Positions 59,565-64,000 of a stretch of DNA of 64,000 nt are shown here, one piece after another. The first letter of the stretch is position 1; each line of letters opens with the position of its first letter. Location of the stretch: assembly GCA_964461435.1 (NCBI GenBank), contig CAYWUI010000015.1, positions 132-64,131 of the forward strand. The letters are read 5' to 3'. A model generated the notes under the pieces. The model was given only the letters and a program-made list of their open reading frames with translations. It was not told where the DNA came from and did not search any database. The DNA comes from an uncultured Bacteroidales bacterium. Its GTDB lineage: Bacteria; Bacteroidota; Bacteroidia; Bacteroidales; UBA10428. The position numbers were made by a program, and so were the translations under genes.

Positions 59565-59680
59565 TTCACTGTCCTTTAATTATATTATAAACATAAAGAT
59601 TATTAATGATAAAATTATATTATGTAATATCACGACAAGTCAGTCTTAAGGCATACTTTTTCTTATTTATAATATTACAT

Positions 59681-59863
59681 TCTGCAATTGAGCTGAAAGG
59701 AAGTACAGGGGAACTTGATTTGTATGGAAATCCCCGCAAGTATATCAGGATTATGGATAAAGAAAGTGCGTACAAAGAATATAAAAGATGCGGAACCAGG
59801 ATTATAAAAGTGAATATTCCTGGTTCCTCAACATATTTTAGTCCTGCATGTCAGAAGATTTGA
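59681..59863 (+). pseudogene. C-terminal remnant of an Fpg/Nei-family DNA glycosylase (degenerate Zn finger)
   Basis: AIELKG..ELDLYGNP.KY..IMDK...KEYKRCGTRIIK.....TYFSPACQK; two of four Zn-finger Cys are lost. Confidence 0.6.
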
Positions 59864-59892
59864 AGATTATTTGTTTTAAAAACTGATTCCTA

Positions 59893-60405
59893 TTACAACT
59901 TCAGTTTCTTTAAATCTTCCTTCATTCTTTGAATATCATTGATCCAGTCTTCAATATCCTGCTCATGCTCAAGCTCTTCATTCAGTATTGTAGTGGCCAT
60001 CTGGTGTGTAGCATGATCCTTGCCCGATGTATAGTTCGCTATATCTTCATATCTTTGTATAGCACACCTTTCCCCGTTCAGATTCTGGTTAAGGATAGCT
60101 TCAACATAAGGATCTGTGGGTGCATCATAATCACACCTGCTTAACTTAGTCCACTCCGAAGGATTTAAAACAGGTGTGCCCCCCAGCTGGATAATCCTGT
60201 TAACAACCATAACGGCATGGTTTAACTCCTGGTCGGCATGAACCAGCAGCTCGGGCTCAATCTCACTCCGCATGGGTCCTTCCATGACCCTCGCTCCTAC
60301 CCAGTACTGGTAGTAAGCAAGCCATTCTTCCGACAAGGCCGCATTAAGCATCTTAATCAGCTCTTTTACATCGACTTTTAAAATTTCAATACCATGTTTT
60401 CCCAT
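59893..60405 (-). CDS. DpsL / ferritin-like DNA protection protein
   Basis: ALSEEWLAYYQY, H..QE..HA, RIIQLGG, GERCAI and EELEHE; Cys pair present. Confidence 0.88.
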   Translation of the reverse strand: MGKHGIEILKVDVKELIKMLNAALSEEWLAYYQYWVGARVMEGPMRSEIEPELLVHADQELNHAVMVVNRIIQLGGTPVLNPSEWTKLSRCDYDAPTDPYVEAILNQNLNGERCAIQRYEDIANYTSGKDHATHQMATTILNEELEHEQDIEDWINDIQRMKEDLKKLKL

Positions 60406-60534
60406 ATTTTAAATTTTTAATGTTATTATTATTTATAAAGATATGTAATTATTTAAAAATTTTGGTAAAATAAAAGCCAATTGAATTTTATATATTTCTA
60501 AATTGTTTATTTTTGAAATATTGTTATAAGTGTT

Positions 60535-60915
60535 ATGCAATATTTCCGCAAATACTCCAAATATATCCTGATACTGCTTTTCCCGTTTATATGCTGGTAT
60601 TTTATTAACTCATTTATTAACGGGCATTATCATAAACTAAGCAACGGGGAAATTATTTATCATTGCCATCCATTCAAACATAATAAAAATAATACTTCTC
60701 CTTTTGAAGACCATCATCATGCAAAATCTGAATTCTTTATTCTTGCCCAAATTTCAAATCCTGTATTTTTATTATTAGTCATTCTTATATTAATAGGTCA
60801 GTTCATCCATTCATGCCATGAAATAATAATTTCCAGAAATTTATATTTTTTATTAAGAAGTTACTTCTATAATAAAAATTATAGAAGCCCGCCTGTTCCT
60901 GACTATCTTCGATAG
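60535..60915 (+). CDS. His-rich membrane leader ORF ending in RSPP, upstream of a TonB receptor
   Basis: Hydrophobic N-terminus, HYH...HCHPF...HHH, second hydrophobic segment and C-terminal YRSPPVP. Confidence 0.7.
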   Translation: MQYFRKYSKYILILLFPFICWYFINSFINGHYHKLSNGEIIYHCHPFKHNKNNTSPFEDHHHAKSEFFILAQISNPVFLLLVILILIGQFIHSCHEIIISRNLYFLLRSYFYNKNYRSPPVPDYLR

Positions 60916-60941
60916 TAGCAGTTACTTTTATTATTTAAACC

Positions 60942-60978
60942 TCCGGGTATCGTAAAAAATTATACCTGGATATTTTCT
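60942..60978 (+). promoter_or_regulatory. Stem-loop between the leader ORF and the receptor gene
   Basis: TCCGGGTAT-N11-ATACCTGGA (one G:U pair) followed by TATTTTCT. Confidence 0.5.
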
Positions 60979-61026
60979 ATAAGCAATTTACACTTATATA
61001 AACTCTTTCTAAAAATATATTCTCTC

Positions 61027-63435
61027 ATGAAAAATATCATATCCATATTAGCTATTAACTTATTTCTGTTTCTTAGCATAACTGCAATATCACAAGTAAA
61101 AACAAATGCTATTTTATCTGGAAATGTAAAATCAGGCGGAAAACATATTCCTTTTGTAAATATTATTATAAAAGGTACGAATATAGGAACCATAACAGAT
61201 GCAACCGGGCATTATAAACTGGCAAATCTGCCAACAGGAAAAGTTACTGTAATTGCACAGGCACTAGGTTATAAAACCAGGGAGGAAGAAGTTGAAATGA
61301 AAACGGGGCAGGTAACAGAGCTGTTTTTTGAATTGGAAGTAGATGTTCTGCAACTGGAACAAGTAGTTGTTACAGGAACAATGACAAAACACCATATAAA
61401 AGATGTGCCGGTTAGAACAGAAGTAATTACTTCAAAGGAAATTGAAACAAAAAATGCATATAATCTCTTCCAGGCTTTGGAAGGCACGCCAGGTATAAGG
61501 GTAGAACAACAATGCCAGTTTTGTAATTTTACAATGATCAGGATGCAGGGATTAGGAGCTGAACATACACAGGTCTTAATAAATGGACAGCCTTTGTATT
61601 CAAGTTTGGCTGCGGTTTATGGATTACAGCAAATAGGCACAATAGATATCGACAGGATAGAAGTAGTTAAAGGAGCCGGCTCGGCTCTTTATGGAAGCAG
61701 TGCTGTTGCAGGAGCAATAAATATTATTACCAAAGAGCCCTCATTTGAACCATCGATAAAAGCAAGCTTACAATTCGGAAAGTATAATACAAACAAATAT
61801 GATATTTCATCTTCAATCAGAAATGAAAATGGAAATACAGGACTGAGTGTTTTTGCTCAAAAGCTAACGGGCAATGTAATTGATGAAACTTCTGACGGGA
61901 TGACCCCGGATGATGTTAAAAAGAAAGACGGTATTTCCGACAGGGTAGCTACTAATTTGAATAATGCCGGATTTTGCTTATATATGAGGGATATATTTCT
62001 AAATAATGATAAATTAATTATCAGGGGAAGATATTTATATGAAAAAAGACAGGGCGGCATTTTAGAGGATGATTATTATAAGAATCCTTTTACAGATGGT
62101 ACCGAATGCATTACTACCGAAAGGTATGAATCGGAACTTTCATACAATAAAAATTTTAAAAATAATTCTGATCTTAACCTCTCCCTGGCTTATGTAAATC
62201 ATAAACGCGATGCCACAAATGATTCATACCTTGTAGATTATATGGAAATACATAATGATAGTTTGCCTGATTTGAGAAATATGAGGCCCTATCTTGCGGG
62301 TGAAAACTCTTTAACTGTTACATTAACTTATGGAATAGGTATAAAAAATCATCATTTACTTGTTGGTGCACAGAGCTATTATAATAAACTTGAGGAATCA
62401 GGTATGTATGTTGTTGTAAATGCCGGGTCTGATTATTCAGGTGAATCTTACAGATCGGTTAGTAATAAAGCGGCATCGGAATTTGGAACTTTTCTCCAGG
62501 ATGAATGGTTAATAACCAAAAAATTTATACTTGTTCCGGGTGCCAGATTGGATATCCATAATTCAGAGGAAGAATATAAGGCAGACAGACAGGTTTTTGA
62601 GACTACCTTGTTCCCTAAAACAAAATTCGATGAAACGAGCATAAATCCTAGAATTGCTGCAAAATATGAACTTTCGGAAAAAATTACTTTACGTATAAAT
62701 ACGGGAACTGGCTTCCGTGCACCATATGGTTTCTCAGAAGATTTACATTTATGCAGTGGTTCTCCCCGTATATGGAAATCATCCGGTTTGAAACCGGAAA
62801 CGTCGATAAGCTATAATTTTTCTGCTGATTATTATGGTAAGAAGATTAGAATTAGTACTAATATTTTTCGAACAGACTTAAAAGACAATATTGCTTTTGT
62901 TAATGCAGAAGAAAATATAAGTGCCATGGGTTATGACTATCAGTGGGAAAATATTGATGATGCATTTGTGCAAGGGATAGAGTTATCATTTATGGCTGAA
63001 CTGATCAATGATCTGGAATCAGGTGTTGATTTTACTTACAATCAGGGTAAATATGACAATGTGCGTGAAGACTGGAAAGAAACACCCTATGCAGAAAATA
63101 GCAGGTATATTTCACGTTTCCCTATGACAACAGCAAGTATAAAAATAGAGTATAGTCCGAAAAACTGGAGTTTCGTATTAGCAGGAAATTACCAGGGCAA
63201 AATGTATATCGATTATTTTGGAGATGTAACCCGCAAGATAAAGGAAACATCTCCTTTTATGCTTTTTAATTTAAGGGTTTCGAAAAAACTTAACATATTT
63301 AAATTATATGCAGGAGCAGATAACATTTTCAATCATATTCAGGATGAGAAGCATACTGACGATGCAGCATTTATGTATGCCCCGGTTTATGGTACCATGT
63401 ATTATGGAGGAATTGCAGTTGATTTAACAAAATGA
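61027..63435 (+). CDS. TonB-dependent receptor with carboxypeptidase-like N-domain
   Basis: GTITDATGHY, EQVVVTGT, plug CQFC, IDRIEVVKGAGSALYGSSAVAGAINIITK and AGADNIFN. Confidence 0.92.
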   Translation: MKNIISILAINLFLFLSITAISQVKTNAILSGNVKSGGKHIPFVNIIIKGTNIGTITDATGHYKLANLPTGKVTVIAQALGYKTREEEVEMKTGQVTELFFELEVDVLQLEQVVVTGTMTKHHIKDVPVRTEVITSKEIETKNAYNLFQALEGTPGIRVEQQCQFCNFTMIRMQGLGAEHTQVLINGQPLYSSLAAVYGLQQIGTIDIDRIEVVKGAGSALYGSSAVAGAINIITKEPSFEPSIKASLQFGKYNTNKYDISSSIRNENGNTGLSVFAQKLTGNVIDETSDGMTPDDVKKKDGISDRVATNLNNAGFCLYMRDIFLNNDKLIIRGRYLYEKRQGGILEDDYYKNPFTDGTECITTERYESELSYNKNFKNNSDLNLSLAYVNHKRDATNDSYLVDYMEIHNDSLPDLRNMRPYLAGENSLTVTLTYGIGIKNHHLLVGAQSYYNKLEESGMYVVVNAGSDYSGESYRSVSNKAASEFGTFLQDEWLITKKFILVPGARLDIHNSEEEYKADRQVFETTLFPKTKFDETSINPRIAAKYELSEKITLRINTGTGFRAPYGFSEDLHLCSGSPRIWKSSGLKPETSISYNFSADYYGKKIRISTNIFRTDLKDNIAFVNAEENISAMGYDYQWENIDDAFVQGIELSFMAELINDLESGVDFTYNQGKYDNVREDWKETPYAENSRYISRFPMTTASIKIEYSPKNWSFVLAGNYQGKMYIDYFGDVTRKIKETSPFMLFNLRVSKKLNIFKLYAGADNIFNHIQDEKHTDDAAFMYAPVYGTMYYGGIAVDLTK

Positions 63436-63561
63436 AGACTGAAAATCTCCAATTCGGCATTCTATAATCAGCTAAAAAATTATTACTCCACCAATCAATT
63501 AATAAGTATAAAATAACGATTACAGATAAGTAAATACTGTAACAATAAAACATCTAAAATC

Positions 63562-64000
63562 ATGAAGAAACTCTCTAATATAGTCATCTTATTCTTAATA
63601 AGCTATTCAATTTTTGCACAGAATCATTTAACAGGTGTTATTACCGATAAAGTTACCGGCATGCCGTTAACGGGTGCAGAAATTTACCTGTTGGACCAGA
63701 ATACAGGCACAATTTCAAATGATAAAGGTGAATATAAACTCAATAACCTGCCTAATGGCGAATTAAAAGTTCAATATTCTTATTTAAGTTATAAAACAGT
63801 AGTGAAGACTATTTTTATGAAAAATAATGATCAAAACATAAATATATCGCTTGAGCCAACCGTTATTCATACGCAGGAAGTTGTAATTTCAGGAGGCAGC
63901 ATTTCCTCTCAGCATGAAAATGCCATAAAAATTGAAACAATAAACGCCAAAGAAATTAATTCGGTCGGATCACCCGATTTCATGGAAACATTGGCTTCAG
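63562..64000 (+). CDS. Second TonB-dependent receptor (3'-truncated by window edge)
   Basis: Manual translation MKKLSNIVILFLISYSIFAQ...TGMPLTGAEIY...GTISNDKGEY...QEVVISG; open to window end. Confidence 0.8.
   Translation, partial: MKKLSNIVILFLISYSIFAQNHLTGVITDKVTGMPLTGAEIYLLDQNTGTISNDKGEYKLNNLPNGELKVQYSYLSYKTVVKTIFMKNNDQNINISLEPTVIHTQEVVISGGSISSQHENAIKIETINAKEINSVGSPDFMETLAS

Noticed and set aside
59606-59680. N-terminal part of the tracked 85-aa ORF as a real gene start
   Set aside because: AT-rich sequence that resembles intergenic DNA; only the 3' part looks like Fpg/Nei.
1-64000. Many short antisense or nested ORFs in the track (e.g. 2610-2822, 25734-26027, 43921-44259, 46460-46837)
   Set aside because: They lie inside well-supported genes and show no recognisable motifs.
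1-64000. rRNA, tRNA, CRISPR array, IS or integrase, invertible capsule promoter
   Set aside because: No cloverleaf, repeat-spacer array, transposase motif or flanking inverted repeats seen by eye; a covariance-model scan would be needed to exclude ncRNAs.

Overview
AT-rich window from an anaerobic Bacteroidota (Bacteroidales-like) chromosome, judged from T9SS C-terminal domains, gldD/gldE, TAnnTTTG promoters, bS22, DpsL and TonB receptors. (1) 1-27.7 kb, + strand: 3' part of a Wza/Wzc capsule/EPS locus (glycosyltransferase, two deacetylases, an AAC(3)-fold acetyltransferase, oxidoreductases, wecC/wecB, WcaJ-like initiator). It is interrupted by three genes sharing a PL14-like domain: two T9SS cargo proteins and one lipoprotein. 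Two copies share a 579-bp identical block with mosaic edges. (2) 27.7-36 kb: core genes (GGGP synthase family, Sfp-type PPTase, gldD, gldE, ssb, HU, unannotated bS22, Rne/Rng, DsbD); mutY is absent from its usual slot. (3) 36-40 kb: ECF sigma/anti-sigma operon with two matching TGCAAC-N17-GTC promoters. (4) 40-49 kb: TPR-PP2C sensor phosphatase, T9SS PGRP-type amidase and WD40-caspase. (5) 49-56 kb: radical SAM pseudogene (internal deletion) divergent from a DUF134-led Orange-protein-like Fe-S/metal-cofactor operon, whose promoter is overlapped by tandem 16-bp palindromes. (6) 56-64 kb: FISUMP lipoprotein operon, remnants of a B1 metallo-beta-lactamase and an Fpg/Nei glycosylase, DpsL, and a His-rich ORF ending in RSPP upstream of tandem TonB-dependent receptors. 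The best candidates for a new system are this putative metal-sensing ribosome-arrest leader and the triplicated capsule-linked PL14-like module. No rRNA, tRNA, CRISPR array or intact mobile element was seen. All family assignments are by motif recognition from memory; no searches were run.
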